From a virus, in the IMG/VR virus record IMGVR_UViG_3300018080_000142, positions 29,680 to 93,679 of that record: a stretch of DNA of 64,000 nt; one strand, 5' to 3'. The notes under the pieces were generated by a model, which was not told the origin of the DNA, ran no database searches, and worked only from the letters and a program-made list of their open reading frames with translations. How positions within the stretch are numbered: the stretch's first letter is position 1; each line of letters begins with the position of its first letter. Both the position numbers and the translations under genes were made by a program. This document shows, piece by piece, positions 1 through 10,136 of the stretch.

Positions 1-203
1 TCACCTTTTTCCTCGTTGAAAACAGCCTTGAACTTCGGAAGCTCCCAGGTCAGGAAAATTCGGTGTACATGACCTTGCAGCTGACCTTGATAGATGTTCG
101 GAACAGTTCCAATATCGATGAGAGAGTAACATCTTGCAACAGTCGTACTTGGTTCAGGCAGTTTTACGGCTTTAAAGTTTCCAGATGATGTTGCTTTTAC
201 CAT
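1..203 (-). CDS. 5' part of a phage replication/SSB-like protein (NGO0469-like family), running off the window edge
   Basis: Manual translation from ATG at 203: MVKATSSGNFKAVKLPEPSTTVARCYSLIDIGTVPNIYQG...IFLTWELP; the ARC..IDxGT...WELP motif is typical of this family; open to position 1. Confidence 0.6.
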   Translation of the reverse strand, partial: MVKATSSGNFKAVKLPEPSTTVARCYSLIDIGTVPNIYQGQLQGHVHRIFLTWELPKFKAVFNEEKG

Positions 204-288
204 GATTAAAAATGTTTAAAAATTAATAATAGAGATTTATAAAAAATATAATTTCTGAATGACCGTAAAGTTAATGAAAAATCACGAC

Positions 289-654
289 TTAACCTTGAGA
301 TTCAATACGTTTACGCCATTCTTCATATCGTTTTGCCTCACGAATTTTCCGCAGTTCCTTCCTTCTTCGCCTTTTCCTGAAATTGTGACGCTTCTTAATA
401 ACTATGCGGTGGTTATAAGCTTTTTTTCGGACCTTGAGTGGAAGTCTGAAATAACCCACGCCTTTTACATAACAATTTATTCCTATCCTGAAGTACCAGC
501 CTATGCCATAGCTGGAAAAAAACAGCCTCACGACCTTTTCAATATGGTCGTGAGACATGCGGATATTCTGCTCGTTGAGATCCTTGCGGATCTGAGCGAT
601 AATCCCGTGGTGCGTTTTGGGACCTTTGTAGTCTTTTATCTTACCTGCTGACAT
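289..654 (-). CDS. Divergent HU/IHF-like basic DNA-binding protein
   Basis: Two helices followed by GINCYVKGVGYFRL (HU-like GxGxF strand) and a K/R-rich tail; start moved to ATG 654. Confidence 0.45.
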   Translation of the reverse strand: MSAGKIKDYKGPKTHHGIIAQIRKDLNEQNIRMSHDHIEKVVRLFFSSYGIGWYFRIGINCYVKGVGYFRLPLKVRKKAYNHRIVIKKRHNFRKRRRRKELRKIREAKRYEEWRKRIESQG

Positions 655-1711
655 AGGAATCCTCGTAGAAAACATTCATGCCATCGATGATGACTTCTCC
701 ATCTTCCAGCTTCTGCTTAACTATTTCATCATTGGCTTTTATCCATTCCCTTACCGCTGTTTCATCAAGCGTCAGGAACTTTCGCGGAACTTTCGCGAAA
801 TCATACACATCGAACTTGATATTCTTCCTGATGCCTTTCCTAGCTTCCTTGATTTCTTTCTCACTACCCTTAATTTCCTTTTCAGTCTCAGCATCAATCT
901 TTTTCTTCATTTCCTCGCTTGTCTTGGCTGAATCTGATTCGGCTTTTGTTCTGGCAGTCATTATACCGGCCATTGCATCTTCACGGGATTCTTCAGACTC
1001 GCTCTCAGTAAGTAGAAGATTGGCTTTATGTTCGGCCAGGAGATTCTTTACATCCTGTACCATCTGCTCATAGGATTCTCTGTAATGAATGAACTCGTCA
1101 GGCTTTGGAATATTTTTGTCTATGATTGTGCTGAGAATTTCACAATCAGCTGATTTAAGGCATCCACGGGATGTTTTGGCCTGACCTGTCTTGTCATTCC
1201 AATTCCCACCATATATCCTGGCCGTAAGCTGACTGCGGATCCTGATTATCCTATCGGATTCTTCATTTTTTTCCTTGGCCTTCTTCTCTGCTTCTTTTGC
1301 CACCTTCTCAGCCTCGATCTTTGCGGCGGCAGCCTGGATCTTCTTGTAATTGGTGATGGCTGATCCGATAGCTGATTTCACTTCCTCGAGAGGTTTACTC
1401 AGAGTTTTTGCAAACTCATCGATCATCTTACTGGCTTTGTAATACGGATCTTTACGTAGCTTCCTGACCTTCTCAATGTTTCTCAGGATTTCGTTCAGCT
1501 CAGAGATATTATTCTCGGCTATAACGAGGGAATCATCGGTTTCAACAGCGATTTTGGCTGCATACTGTTCGAAATGTTTGATCTTGGTATCGATCTCAAT
1601 GAACAGTTTCTTTACCTGGATCGGTTTGAGCAATGACTCTCCTTCTTCCAGGATTTCTTGAGTTTGAACATCCTTTACGTCAGGATCCTCAGTTTTGTTA
1701 TTTGCTTTCAT
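641..1711 (-). CDS. Coiled-coil phage protein with Gp157-like C-terminus
   Basis: 356 aa, E/K/A-rich heptads; C-terminal KFDVYDFAKVPRKFLTLDETAVREWIK...IDGMNV motif. Confidence 0.5.
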   Translation of the reverse strand: MKANNKTEDPDVKDVQTQEILEEGESLLKPIQVKKLFIEIDTKIKHFEQYAAKIAVETDDSLVIAENNISELNEILRNIEKVRKLRKDPYYKASKMIDEFAKTLSKPLEEVKSAIGSAITNYKKIQAAAAKIEAEKVAKEAEKKAKEKNEESDRIIRIRSQLTARIYGGNWNDKTGQAKTSRGCLKSADCEILSTIIDKNIPKPDEFIHYRESYEQMVQDVKNLLAEHKANLLLTESESEESREDAMAGIMTARTKAESDSAKTSEEMKKKIDAETEKEIKGSEKEIKEARKGIRKNIKFDVYDFAKVPRKFLTLDETAVREWIKANDEIVKQKLEDGEVIIDGMNVFYEDSYVSR

Positions 1712-1948
1712 TCAGTCCTCCACTATTTTAGAATTATCAAGTAATATTTTCATAACCCTGCGCCTGGCTGCCTTACTTGGATAAGTCAGCGTGGCAGAGT
1801 ATTTGTGCCACTCAGGTTGAACTCTTGTCTTGGCCCAGATTTCATAACCTGTCTTTTTATCTGCTCCGGACCCTATCGGATGCAGGTCACGCTCCCGGAT
1901 TATTACCCATCCGGCATCGGTAAGCTTTTTTTGATCAGTTGCATTCAT
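1712..1948 (-). CDS. Hypothetical protein
   Basis: 78 aa, abuts both neighbours in the operon. Confidence 0.6.
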   Translation of the reverse strand: MNATDQKKLTDAGWVIIRERDLHPIGSGADKKTGYEIWAKTRVQPEWHKYSATLTYPSKAARRRVMKILLDNSKIVED

Positions 1949-2178
1949 GGTGATGTTTTTATTAATCGTTCAAGATAATCTTCTATATCATCAACAGATG
2001 TTGATTTTGTTTTTTCAACATAAACTTCAATATCACCGTCAGCATTTTTATCAAAACGATACCAGTTTATCCTATAATAGAACTGATCCGCCAGTTCTTT
2101 TGCCTTCTCTATGTCCTCAGCTTCAATTACTATGGACATTCTCTGGGTATACTTAACTTCTACGTCAAATGTTTTCAT
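1945..2178 (-). CDS. Hypothetical protein, DpnD/PcfM-like
   Basis: MKTFDVEVKYTQRMSIVIEAEDIEKAKELA pattern; 4-nt overlap with next gene. Confidence 0.45.
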   Translation of the reverse strand: MKTFDVEVKYTQRMSIVIEAEDIEKAKELADQFYYRINWYRFDKNADGDIEVYVEKTKSTSVDDIEDYLERLIKTSP

Positions 2179-2180
2179 AA

Positions 2181-2408
2181 TTAAAATGCATTCAAGTCTT
2201 GTTTTGGTAATTCTTCAAGTTTCTCCATTTCCCAATCCTCCCTTGTGCTATTTAGCTCATTGAGATTCATGTAATACAGGTTAGGACTGATCATCAATCC
2301 ACAATGGGCGCACTCATGACTAACGGTAGAAACCGGTTTGCTGTCGCTATACGAATTCATCGCTTGACCACAGTTCGGGCATTTTTCTGAATAACTATGT
2401 CCACTCAT
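2181..2408 (-). CDS. Zinc-ribbon protein
   Basis: CPNC...CAHC. Confidence 0.6.
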   Translation of the reverse strand: MSGHSYSEKCPNCGQAMNSYSDSKPVSTVSHECAHCGLMISPNLYYMNLNELNSTREDWEMEKLEELPKQDLNAF

Positions 2409-2447
2409 AATAAATAGTTTAATGATTTGGGATGAAAATAATTTCAG

Positions 2448-4349
2448 TTAAAATCCTTCAAATATGGATCCCTGGTTACCGTCCATGTATGATACAAATG
2501 GAAACCTTGTGAACTTGGAATTCTCATCCTTGGGATCCTCACGTTCATAGATCCTCCTGGACAGCCGGTCATACCTGAATATAGGATAATTGGTCTCATT
2601 CGTTGTTTCCCCGCCACGCTGCTTATTACGCATCGCCTGAACATGAAATCCAACCTTGTCAGATAGCCATTCATTGCTTTTCTCCTGGTGAACACACACT
2701 ATAGCATTGGCTTTGGACCACCATCTCTGGCCACCGGTTAGCAGTGCATGTGACGGCGGTTTGTCAAGATCTCCGGAATCCTTTATCGTCTTAGGATGAT
2801 GGCAAATGAGATTTATGAGCTTATACTTCGTGTTGAGCCTCCCTTCAAAATTCAGCTGTTGCTCAATATAATGGTCAACATCGGTAAATCTATGGTTCAG
2901 TGCAGACCAGGGATCTGTCAGGAAACCTGTGATACCATGCTGTTTGATCATCTGTCTTTTAATTTCCCGCAGTTCTTCAGGAGTATACCCTTCTTCACGG
3001 TCAACAAAGAAAAAATACTTGTCAATAAAGCTTCTCCACGTTTCACGCATCTCATCATAAGTGGCTCTCTTGCTGTAACCAGGTTCAACAGGCTTGTTGA
3101 TAAGTATTGAAACCATTATTTCTATCAAATCTGCCGGCGGGTAGTTCTCCGGGCAGTAAATCCCCCATTTCCATTTATATTTTACGGCAGAAATAAGCAT
3201 CAACACCAGGGCAAACGATGTCTTACCCTGTTTTGGAAATCCGTTTATAACGATTGTCCATCCTCTTATCCATTTGAAAAACGGATCCAATGATGCAAAG
3301 CCTGTCTCTACTCCTGATGTTTTACCTTCGTGATAATTTTTATGGATCTCATCCTCATGATCCGAAGCGATAGTAACACCTTCGATCGGGAATACCTTTG
3401 CATTTTCAATGGTTCCTGCCAGCAATGCCTTGCCACGCTTTATCAAAAGTTCATTGGGATCATTTATAGGTTTACCATCATTATCCTTGTAGTCACCGAA
3501 TCTGATATACTTGCATCTTTCGAAGCCTAGCCTCCTGGCAAGTTCCTGCCTAAGTTTTACTCCTGGTGGATCATCATCCGTAGCAATGTAAAACATCTCA
3601 ATATCTTTAAGATCATCCAGAACAGGATCCAGGTAGTCCAGATTGATGCTGCTCATAATCCTTATCTTACCGGTCTCAATGTAATATTTCTTCTCATCAT
3701 CGGTTATGGACGCTCCATTCGGAACAGATATCACCGGTGTTATTCCTGCTTCATGATATGCCAGGACATCGTTCTCACCTTCGGTTATTACTGCCCATTT
3801 CGAACCTTTGATACTGTCGATATTGTACGGGATCAGGCTTGCACCCGGTATCATTTTGAAATTCTTAACAGGATCCCGGAACTTAATGTTCACAAGAACA
3901 TCATCCTTTTTGTACTTATAGTTGATGCATTTCTTGGTTACCCATTTACCTTGCAGGTGTTCTTCACCAGGGGAAATTCTGTTCAGCAGTATTGATTCAC
4001 TGTTCATTGAAATATCGAAATGACGCAATGTACTGACACTGATTTTTCTTTTTTCCCAGAACCACTTCACAACCGGGTCGCTTATCGGCAGGTAGTCATA
4101 ATTCTTCAGGACAGGTTTAATCTTTGCGCGGGACAGATATTCCTCAGTAAGAACATATCCGGATTCCTTACAATGATTACATCTCCACGGCATAGGATCC
4201 TTACCAAGATTTACTGCAAACTTTTTTTCCTTGTGATGTTCCGGCTTCCTGGTTGGAGTACAGATCGGGCAGGTGATATAATGCTCACCATTTCCGGACA
4301 AAGGGATATTAATCTCAAATATCCCCTTGCTGGTCGCTATCTTGCTCAT
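2448..4349 (-). CDS. Bifunctional primase-helicase (Twinkle/T7 gp4 type)
   Basis: N-terminal Zn finger CPIC...CNHC; TOPRIM ITEGENDVLA, ATDDD, DPNELL; SF4 helicase Walker A GFPKQGKT, TDPWS and ICHHPK. Confidence 0.92.
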   Translation of the reverse strand: MSKIATSKGIFEINIPLSGNGEHYITCPICTPTRKPEHHKEKKFAVNLGKDPMPWRCNHCKESGYVLTEEYLSRAKIKPVLKNYDYLPISDPVVKWFWEKRKISVSTLRHFDISMNSESILLNRISPGEEHLQGKWVTKKCINYKYKKDDVLVNIKFRDPVKNFKMIPGASLIPYNIDSIKGSKWAVITEGENDVLAYHEAGITPVISVPNGASITDDEKKYYIETGKIRIMSSINLDYLDPVLDDLKDIEMFYIATDDDPPGVKLRQELARRLGFERCKYIRFGDYKDNDGKPINDPNELLIKRGKALLAGTIENAKVFPIEGVTIASDHEDEIHKNYHEGKTSGVETGFASLDPFFKWIRGWTIVINGFPKQGKTSFALVLMLISAVKYKWKWGIYCPENYPPADLIEIMVSILINKPVEPGYSKRATYDEMRETWRSFIDKYFFFVDREEGYTPEELREIKRQMIKQHGITGFLTDPWSALNHRFTDVDHYIEQQLNFEGRLNTKYKLINLICHHPKTIKDSGDLDKPPSHALLTGGQRWWSKANAIVCVHQEKSNEWLSDKVGFHVQAMRNKQRGGETTNETNYPIFRYDRLSRRIYEREDPKDENSKFTRFPFVSYMDGNQGSIFEGF

Positions 4350-5010
4350 ATTGCTTTTTCCGCTGTTCTTCAGTTATGGTTTCCTTTTTGGCTTTCTCAG
4401 CTGATTTAAACCCGGCTAAAAGCTTATTCGCCTCGGACCTCCAATCAATTTCATAATACGCATTCATTGGATTCAGCCATTTATCTGCCATCATGATCCT
4501 GCGATTGAATCCTCCCTTTCGTTCCAGCTCGAGATATTCGAGGTAAGCATTTCTTTGGCTTGTCAGGAATTCGCGGGAATATCCTTTTCTGACCTTGATA
4601 TAATTGCTTAATGCTCTTTTCTTGGATCCAGGCCAGATTACCTTCCTTTGCCCATCAATCAGCTTTGTCCAGAAAGCATTCTCAAATTCAACTTCGATAT
4701 CTGCAAATGCACTCTCCCACATAGTAGTGATCTTAGGTATCGGAGTATTTTCCGGGTATATGAAACCTTTATCGACCAGGTCATGCAATAATGCTTCTTG
4801 CTGATCCGGGGTGAAGCCGGTTTTCCGGTAGGTTTCGATAACATCGACCTCCTTTTTGTTTTGAACGCAACGATAGATATAATCCATCAGAACGTATGCA
4901 CTGCAGTTCAATCCCATATTGACCCTTGCAGAATGGTTGATGGTGGTAGAACCAACTATTGTCGGTTTGCCTACCTTGAATTCATTTACTTTTTTTGCCA
5001 TTTTCTTCAT
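4315..5010 (-). CDS. Putative replication initiator / helicase-loader-like protein (winged-helix N-terminus)
   Basis: HTH-like segment LLHDLVDKGFIY and C-terminal FENAFW...SKKRA...ADKWLN motif; directly upstream of the primase-helicase; start at 5010 or 5001. Confidence 0.5.
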   Translation of the reverse strand: MKKMAKKVNEFKVGKPTIVGSTTINHSARVNMGLNCSAYVLMDYIYRCVQNKKEVDVIETYRKTGFTPDQQEALLHDLVDKGFIYPENTPIPKITTMWESAFADIEVEFENAFWTKLIDGQRKVIWPGSKKRALSNYIKVRKGYSREFLTSQRNAYLEYLELERKGGFNRRIMMADKWLNPMNAYYEIDWRSEANKLLAGFKSAEKAKKETITEEQRKKQYEQDSDQQGDI

Positions 5011-5359
5011 TGTTGATTTCAGAAGAAGGTAATTTCCAGTTAACCATGTCAACAGTCTTTGTACTCTTACGGAATATCTCAACGTTGGTATTGACATCAA
5101 CGGCTATTATCCAGTTTTCGGAGTGATCGCCGTGATACTCATAGAATGGAAGAAATATTTCATCCTTCCTTGGTTCGACAAAATATAACTTATCACCAGC
5201 AATTGATGTGAATGAAGCTATTTCATTGCGCTGGTCAACATGGTTATGCCATGTCTTTAGTTCAATCTTCTCACCTTTTTTCAGGTGTTCATCGACACGT
5301 TTTCTTGCTGCTTGATTCTCAAGCTTCGCAACTTTCGGGTTCATTTTTCTAGTTGTCAT
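4982..5359 (-). CDS. Hypothetical protein
   Basis: 125 aa, overlaps both neighbours. Confidence 0.55.
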   Translation of the reverse strand: MTTRKMNPKVAKLENQAARKRVDEHLKKGEKIELKTWHNHVDQRNEIASFTSIAGDKLYFVEPRKDEIFLPFYEYHGDHSENWIIAVDVNTNVEIFRKSTKTVDMVNWKLPSSEINNEENGKKSK

Positions 5360-6860
5360 CGCTTAACAGATTATTTTTGGTTTTATCGTCCATTGCATAT
5401 TTTTCACGGTTCTCAATAAGCCATTTGACTTTCTGGAACTGACCAAGCGTTACTTTACCGCTTACATCGTATTTCCTCTCAGCCAGCCAGCGGATCTGCC
5501 ATTCTCTTGCCGGCTGTGCAGATATCAGTTCAGAAGCCATAGCTTTCGTATATTCAATGCCTTCCTGGTACACTCCCATATCGATGATCCACTTAAGCTG
5601 TTTCTCGGTGGCCGGCTCAAGCATTTTCTCAGAATTCCACGGTCTCACTTCCGGAAGTTTCAGAAGGTTGATCTTCTTATCGGAACCGTAGCGGATCCTC
5701 ATACGCCTCTCACGCTTTTCGCGTTCCTCGAGTAATTTCTGCCGGTGTTTCTCCGGAATGAAAAGTCTTTCCTCGATCGGTTTATCTCTTTCCAGCTCCC
5801 AGGCATTTACCAGGGATAGATTACCAGAATTATCCACGAAATCAAGAACTATACAGTCCGAACTGCCTACCCTTTCCTGAAACATATCTGATTTCAGCCT
5901 TGTTCCCCGGCCGATACTCTGGATATATAGTGTCTCAGACTGCGTAGGACGCGCCATAATGATACATCCGACATCATCATGATCGAAACCCTCAGTGAGT
6001 ATGTTAACGTTTGTCAGGACGCTTATTTCACCTTTTCTAAAGCTTTCGACAATTTGTGTCCTGTTTGGGCAGCGAGTAGTATCACTAACGACAGTATCAG
6101 CATTAATCCCATTATCACGGAGAACACGACCCAGATTATACGCATGATCAATGTCCACACAGTAAGCAATAGTTTGTCTATTGTCCGCATATTCCTTGTA
6201 TTTTGCAGCGATTAAAGTATTTCTTAACTCGGAATCCACCTTCTCAGAAAGCTGTTTAAGATTAAAGTCACCACCGGTTCGTTTAACCCGGCTGATATCT
6301 GCCGGTGTGCGGATCTGGTATGCTGTCAGCGGTGCTAACCAACCGTCCCGGATCCCATCCTCGATAAGATATTGAAATGTTATCTCCTGAGCAATATTTG
6401 TCAGGCTGAGACCGTCAAGCCTTTTTGGTGTAGCTGTCCAGCCGGTAGTCAGTTTCGGTTCAAAATGCCTTACTGATTTCAGGTAAGATGGAGAGACATA
6501 ATGATGTGCCTCGTCTATGATGAGCAATTCAAATTCTCTCGGATCTATCTTGTCCAGCCGGTTATAAATGGTCTGAACAGATGCCACGACAATTTTCTTT
6601 TCGACTTCGAATACCGGTCCTTTTATTATGCCCACATTCATAGGCCAGTACTGCTCAATCTCATGGTAAGCCTGCATGATAAGTTCTTCCCGGTGTGCCA
6701 GGAACATAGTTCTCTTGAAATGCTTTGCGAGGTCAACGGCTTGCATGCGCTTACCGGTCCCGGTAGCCTGCACGATCAGCTGCTTATTGATCCCGTTATC
6801 GTATTTTTCCTTTATTGCCTGCTTGCATGCAATCTGGTAAGGTCGCCAGCGTATATTCAT
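5349..6860 (-). CDS. SF2 DEAH helicase (ResIII/Irc3-like)
   Basis: RPYQ, ATGTGK, DEAHH, TATPKRLD, LTEGFD, QSIGRGTR motifs. Confidence 0.92.
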   Translation of the reverse strand: MNIRWRPYQIACKQAIKEKYDNGINKQLIVQATGTGKRMQAVDLAKHFKRTMFLAHREELIMQAYHEIEQYWPMNVGIIKGPVFEVEKKIVVASVQTIYNRLDKIDPREFELLIIDEAHHYVSPSYLKSVRHFEPKLTTGWTATPKRLDGLSLTNIAQEITFQYLIEDGIRDGWLAPLTAYQIRTPADISRVKRTGGDFNLKQLSEKVDSELRNTLIAAKYKEYADNRQTIAYCVDIDHAYNLGRVLRDNGINADTVVSDTTRCPNRTQIVESFRKGEISVLTNVNILTEGFDHDDVGCIIMARPTQSETLYIQSIGRGTRLKSDMFQERVGSSDCIVLDFVDNSGNLSLVNAWELERDKPIEERLFIPEKHRQKLLEEREKRERRMRIRYGSDKKINLLKLPEVRPWNSEKMLEPATEKQLKWIIDMGVYQEGIEYTKAMASELISAQPAREWQIRWLAERKYDVSGKVTLGQFQKVKWLIENREKYAMDDKTKNNLLSDDN

Positions 6861-6863
6861 AGA

Positions 6864-7451
6864 TCAGAAATTTGTAGGTAATTTTTCGCTTACCTGTTCG
6901 GCAGGTACTTCTTCGTATTCAGCATCGTCAGCCCTCATCTTATTAAACTCACTTTTTAGCATAAAGCGCGTATGAGCCTCACATTTATTGCACCAATTAT
7001 CATCAGAATCGCCTGTTTCGTAAAGTTCGATAACATTGTTGCTATTAGGATCCACCCATGCCTTAGTTTGGATGTTAATGCCTCCGCATTGCTCACAAAC
7101 CAAAAGAGTATCATCTATGTTTGTGATATAATTTTCCAGGGCAAGTTTCATTTCAAAGATATGCCCGCGAAACTTCCTGTCTACATCTATGTAACCTTGG
7201 GTTACCTTGTCTGCATGAAGAACGGTTGCATGATCTTTCATGCCGAAGGTCTCGCCGATCTTGGATGTACTGCAGTTCGTCATTAACCTTGCAAAGTACA
7301 TACATATCTGTCTTGCTTGTACAACTTCACGCCTTCTGGTTTTTATCATGATCATCCCTTCGGATACGCCAGTGAATTTACTCACTGTCTTAAGAATTCT
7401 GTCCAGAAATTCCGGACCTTGTAAGTCATTTCTCAAAATTACTTGTGCCAT
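6864..7451 (-). CDS. DnaA C-terminal (domain IV) HTH protein fused to a Zn ribbon
   Basis: RRREVVQARQICMYFAR...IGETFGMKDHATVLHA is the DnaA_C signature; CEQC...CNKC at the C-terminus. Confidence 0.85.
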   Translation of the reverse strand: MAQVILRNDLQGPEFLDRILKTVSKFTGVSEGMIMIKTRRREVVQARQICMYFARLMTNCSTSKIGETFGMKDHATVLHADKVTQGYIDVDRKFRGHIFEMKLALENYITNIDDTLLVCEQCGGINIQTKAWVDPNSNNVIELYETGDSDDNWCNKCEAHTRFMLKSEFNKMRADDAEYEEVPAEQVSEKLPTNF

Positions 7452-7533
7452 AATTCTCTTTTATTTGGTTTAAGAAGAAAATAATTAAAGGGCAGGCATA
7501 TCAACGATCAAACAGTCCTCGGCTATTTTTTCA

Positions 7534-8154
7534 TTAATTATCTATGCCTGCCCTCGTTAAAAGATATTCGTCAAGTGATTTGTACTTATAGCGAATCTTG
7601 CGTGGACCGCCACTTTTATCAGTTGTCTTGAATCTCTCTGGAAGGAATGTCGTTGGAAACAGTGCATTTGCAGGGATTATCTGCCCTTTCTTGTTAACCT
7701 GCGGATGCGTGATTATTTTTTGCACATAAATGTGGTGGATCTGGAATACCCACTTCTGATCGATGGCAAATCTTCGCCATGCATCGTTCTGATTGTAATT
7801 TCCCTTTACATCGATAACTGAATAATACAGATCACGCTCACTTGAGTAATTAGCTATTATTGGATAGCTTTTTACACTCTGGGTAAGTATATCGTTGTAA
7901 CCCACATATAGCTTCTTATGCAGTTCTTTCGACCAGTAGATCAGGAAATCTGCCTTGTATTCATGGCCGACCAGTAATTTAACGGTACGCTCCTTTGTTT
8001 TGGTCTTAAGCTGTTCTATAAAGCCTATTGTGGCTCCATCGAACAATTTAAATGATTTGGGCTGATATTTCAGGAGAGTTATGTAACCATGCTTTTTCAG
8101 TTCATCCAGCCACCAGGAAAAGTACATTTCCTCATTGCTTTCAAATTCATTCAT
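7534..8154 (-). CDS. PD-(D/E)XK endonuclease, DUF1064-like
   Basis: FESNEE...YQPKSFKL...YKADF...IDVKG motifs. Confidence 0.7.
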   Translation of the reverse strand: MNEFESNEEMYFSWWLDELKKHGYITLLKYQPKSFKLFDGATIGFIEQLKTKTKERTVKLLVGHEYKADFLIYWSKELHKKLYVGYNDILTQSVKSYPIIANYSSERDLYYSVIDVKGNYNQNDAWRRFAIDQKWVFQIHHIYVQKIITHPQVNKKGQIIPANALFPTTFLPERFKTTDKSGGPRKIRYKYKSLDEYLLTRAGIDN

Positions 8155-8437
8155 TCCCTAAAAGTTCATTGATTCGTTCATCCATATAATTCCTTGGTTT
8201 GATAGTAAACCTGCTCTGGAAACGCCTGGGAAAGCTATCCGGGAACCAGAGATCCTTGTTCGGTGATAGTTGATATATATGAATAAGTTCTGCCTGCTTC
8301 GTCATTGAGAAAGATTCCCAGTTCGGATACAAGCTTTTCCACTTCTTCTGAGCTTCCGCTACTGGACTGACCCCAACGGGAGCCGCGCAGTATAAACTCA
8401 TAGTAAGAAATGTAAGTAAAACCATCCATTTTCTCAT
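8147..8437 (-). CDS. Small exported hypothetical protein
   Basis: N-terminal MRKWMVLLTFLTMSLYCAA signal-like segment. Confidence 0.5.
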   Translation of the reverse strand: MRKWMVLLTFLTMSLYCAAPVGVSPVAEAQKKWKSLYPNWESFSMTKQAELIHIYQLSPNKDLWFPDSFPRRFQSRFTIKPRNYMDERINELLGNE

Positions 8438-8483
8438 AGATTTTTTTTAGTTAGACATTACGATCCGGGAGTTTCCGGGAAAG

Positions 8484-8513
8484 ATAAAAAAAGAGCATTA
8501 CGCTCCCTTTTAT
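8484..8513 (-). terminator. Intrinsic terminator
   Basis: Minus strand GGGAGC-gtaat-GCTCTT followed by T run. Confidence 0.5.
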
Positions 8514-8535
8514 ACACTGCTAAGGTACAGAATTC

Positions 8536-8679
8536 CTACATATTATCATTGAGTTTCCCCTCTTTTTTTGCCCACTCCCAGAATTCCTGTTCATTTAGCT
8601 CGGCTTCTTTTGCCAGTTGTTCCAGAACTTCTGGATGATCTGACAAATATTCCAGGTAAAGTTCCTTAATTTTCCCCAT
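8536..8679 (-). CDS. Small hypothetical protein (47 aa)
   Basis: Manual translation MGKIKELYLEYLSDHPEVLEQLAKEAEL...; fills the gap after the J-domain gene. Confidence 0.55.
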   Translation of the reverse strand: MGKIKELYLEYLSDHPEVLEQLAKEAELNEQEFWEWAKKEGKLNDNM

Positions 8680-8683
8680 GATA

Positions 8684-8980
8684 TTAACCTATTAATGAAT
8701 ATGCTGCATTTATTTTTTTCATCATCTTTTCACACCTTGCAATATCGTCCGGATTCCTGTCAGGATGCCATCTCATAGCAAGTTTGTAGTAAGCTTTCCT
8801 GATCTCATCTGTGGTTGCCTCTGTGGTAACCCCAAGTACAGTATACGGATCCTGTTCATGCAATACCTCCCAGGCTTCGTCAGGACTCATCCTCTTAAAG
8901 AAAGCCCTGTTCCATTGCTGTTGATCCCCGTAACCTTCCTTCTCGGGATTGTAAGTTTTATAGCCGTCTAGGAATCCCAT
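8684..8980 (-). CDS. J-domain (DnaJ-like) co-chaperone
   Basis: DPYTVLGV...IRKAYYKLAMRWHPDRN...INAAY. Confidence 0.9.
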   Translation of the reverse strand: MGFLDGYKTYNPEKEGYGDQQQWNRAFFKRMSPDEAWEVLHEQDPYTVLGVTTEATTDEIRKAYYKLAMRWHPDRNPDDIARCEKMMKKINAAYSLIG

Positions 8981-9459
8981 AATGTATAATGACCATCAAC
9001 TATGCCTGGCTTCTCGGTACTGGCAGATTTTGTAGTCTCAGCTTCCTTCATCCTTTGTTTCAATATCTTTCTTCGCTTTTCATAGATGTGCTTACGCAAC
9101 GGTCCTAGCAGATAATTGATACTGTAATCATCCAGATCTTTCGGAGCCTTTATATCATCCCAATGATTCTCACCGAAATACTGCTCCAATACTTTGCAGG
9201 TTATATGAAAGTAAATATCTGCCCATTCACTGCTCATAGGTGCTTCAAGAGATCGTGTATAAATGAAAATAGCCACTTCAACATCTGTAGCAGTTTCTTT
9301 CTTTTGGACCATATTTGCAAGTCTTGCTACCGTTACCTGGGCAAGCAATCTCTGCGGTATGGTATCCGCCCACGCCTGAGAGTGAGTCAGAATCGGTGAT
9401 TCCAATGCATCCATCAGGTCAAACCAATGACTGTCAAATGTTTTCGATCTGGACTTCAT
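8968..9459 (-). CDS. Hypothetical protein
   Basis: About 163 aa helical ORF in operon; start uncertain. Confidence 0.55.
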   Translation of the reverse strand: MKSRSKTFDSHWFDLMDALESPILTHSQAWADTIPQRLLAQVTVARLANMVQKKETATDVEVAIFIYTRSLEAPMSSEWADIYFHITCKVLEQYFGENHWDDIKAPKDLDDYSINYLLGPLRKHIYEKRRKILKQRMKEAETTKSASTEKPGIVDGHYTLWDS

Positions 9460-9679
9460 GTGGTGTTTCGTTAGTTGGCAGACCAAGGGATCTCAGGTGT
9501 TTGCAGTATCGCCTTGTACGGTAAGCCGGGCAACTGCATCCCCAGTGTCGGTTCTTCTTATTCTGAGCAATTATATAAATGCGGTTGCTCGTTTCAGATC
9601 TGATTTCAAATCTGTTGGTCCATTGATCATTGTCAGGCAATGCAATGGATGGATCAATATACAATGTCGGTTTATCCAT
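9434..9679 (-). CDS. SWIM zinc-finger protein
   Basis: WGCSCPAYRTRRYCKHL. Confidence 0.75.
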   Translation of the reverse strand: MDKPTLYIDPSIALPDNDQWTNRFEIRSETSNRIYIIAQNKKNRHWGCSCPAYRTRRYCKHLRSLGLPTNETPHEVQIENI

Positions 9680-9680
9680 G

Positions 9681-10136
9681 TTAAAATAGTGTTAATTGTT
9701 CCTGTTGTTTTTCTTCTCTTGGCATGAATATCAGCTCATCACACATAACATACTCTTGCTTACCCTTTTTAACCCTCATACCGTTATAAGTGAACCCGTG
9801 ATGATATTCACCATCATCTTTCAAATAATTCAATTTCGAGGCTTCCTGGTGTGTATGAGACTTCCCTTTGTAATATTCGATCGGAACCAACCGGTATGTG
9901 GTGACATTCGTTCTTACGCCACCATAACTACCTGTAAATTTCATTCCCGTTGATATTCTCAGACCGTCTTTCCACTTAAAAGGCTTTCTGAAAGTACTTT
10001 TCTGGCCTATCATATCTGCGCTGTAAGATTCTGCTATATCGCCTCCTGGGATAGATCTGCCTTTATCAGCATCCCAGGAACTACTCTTAAATCTTGCAGG
10101 ATCAGCATAGACTATGTTCTCAACATTTTCTTTCAT
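9681..10136 (-). CDS. Hypothetical protein; C-terminal QLTLF resembles a beta-clamp-binding motif
   Basis: 151 aa; ends EQLTLF. Confidence 0.5.
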   Translation of the reverse strand: MKENVENIVYADPARFKSSSWDADKGRSIPGGDIAESYSADMIGQKSTFRKPFKWKDGLRISTGMKFTGSYGGVRTNVTTYRLVPIEYYKGKSHTHQEASKLNYLKDDGEYHHGFTYNGMRVKKGKQEYVMCDELIFMPREEKQQEQLTLF

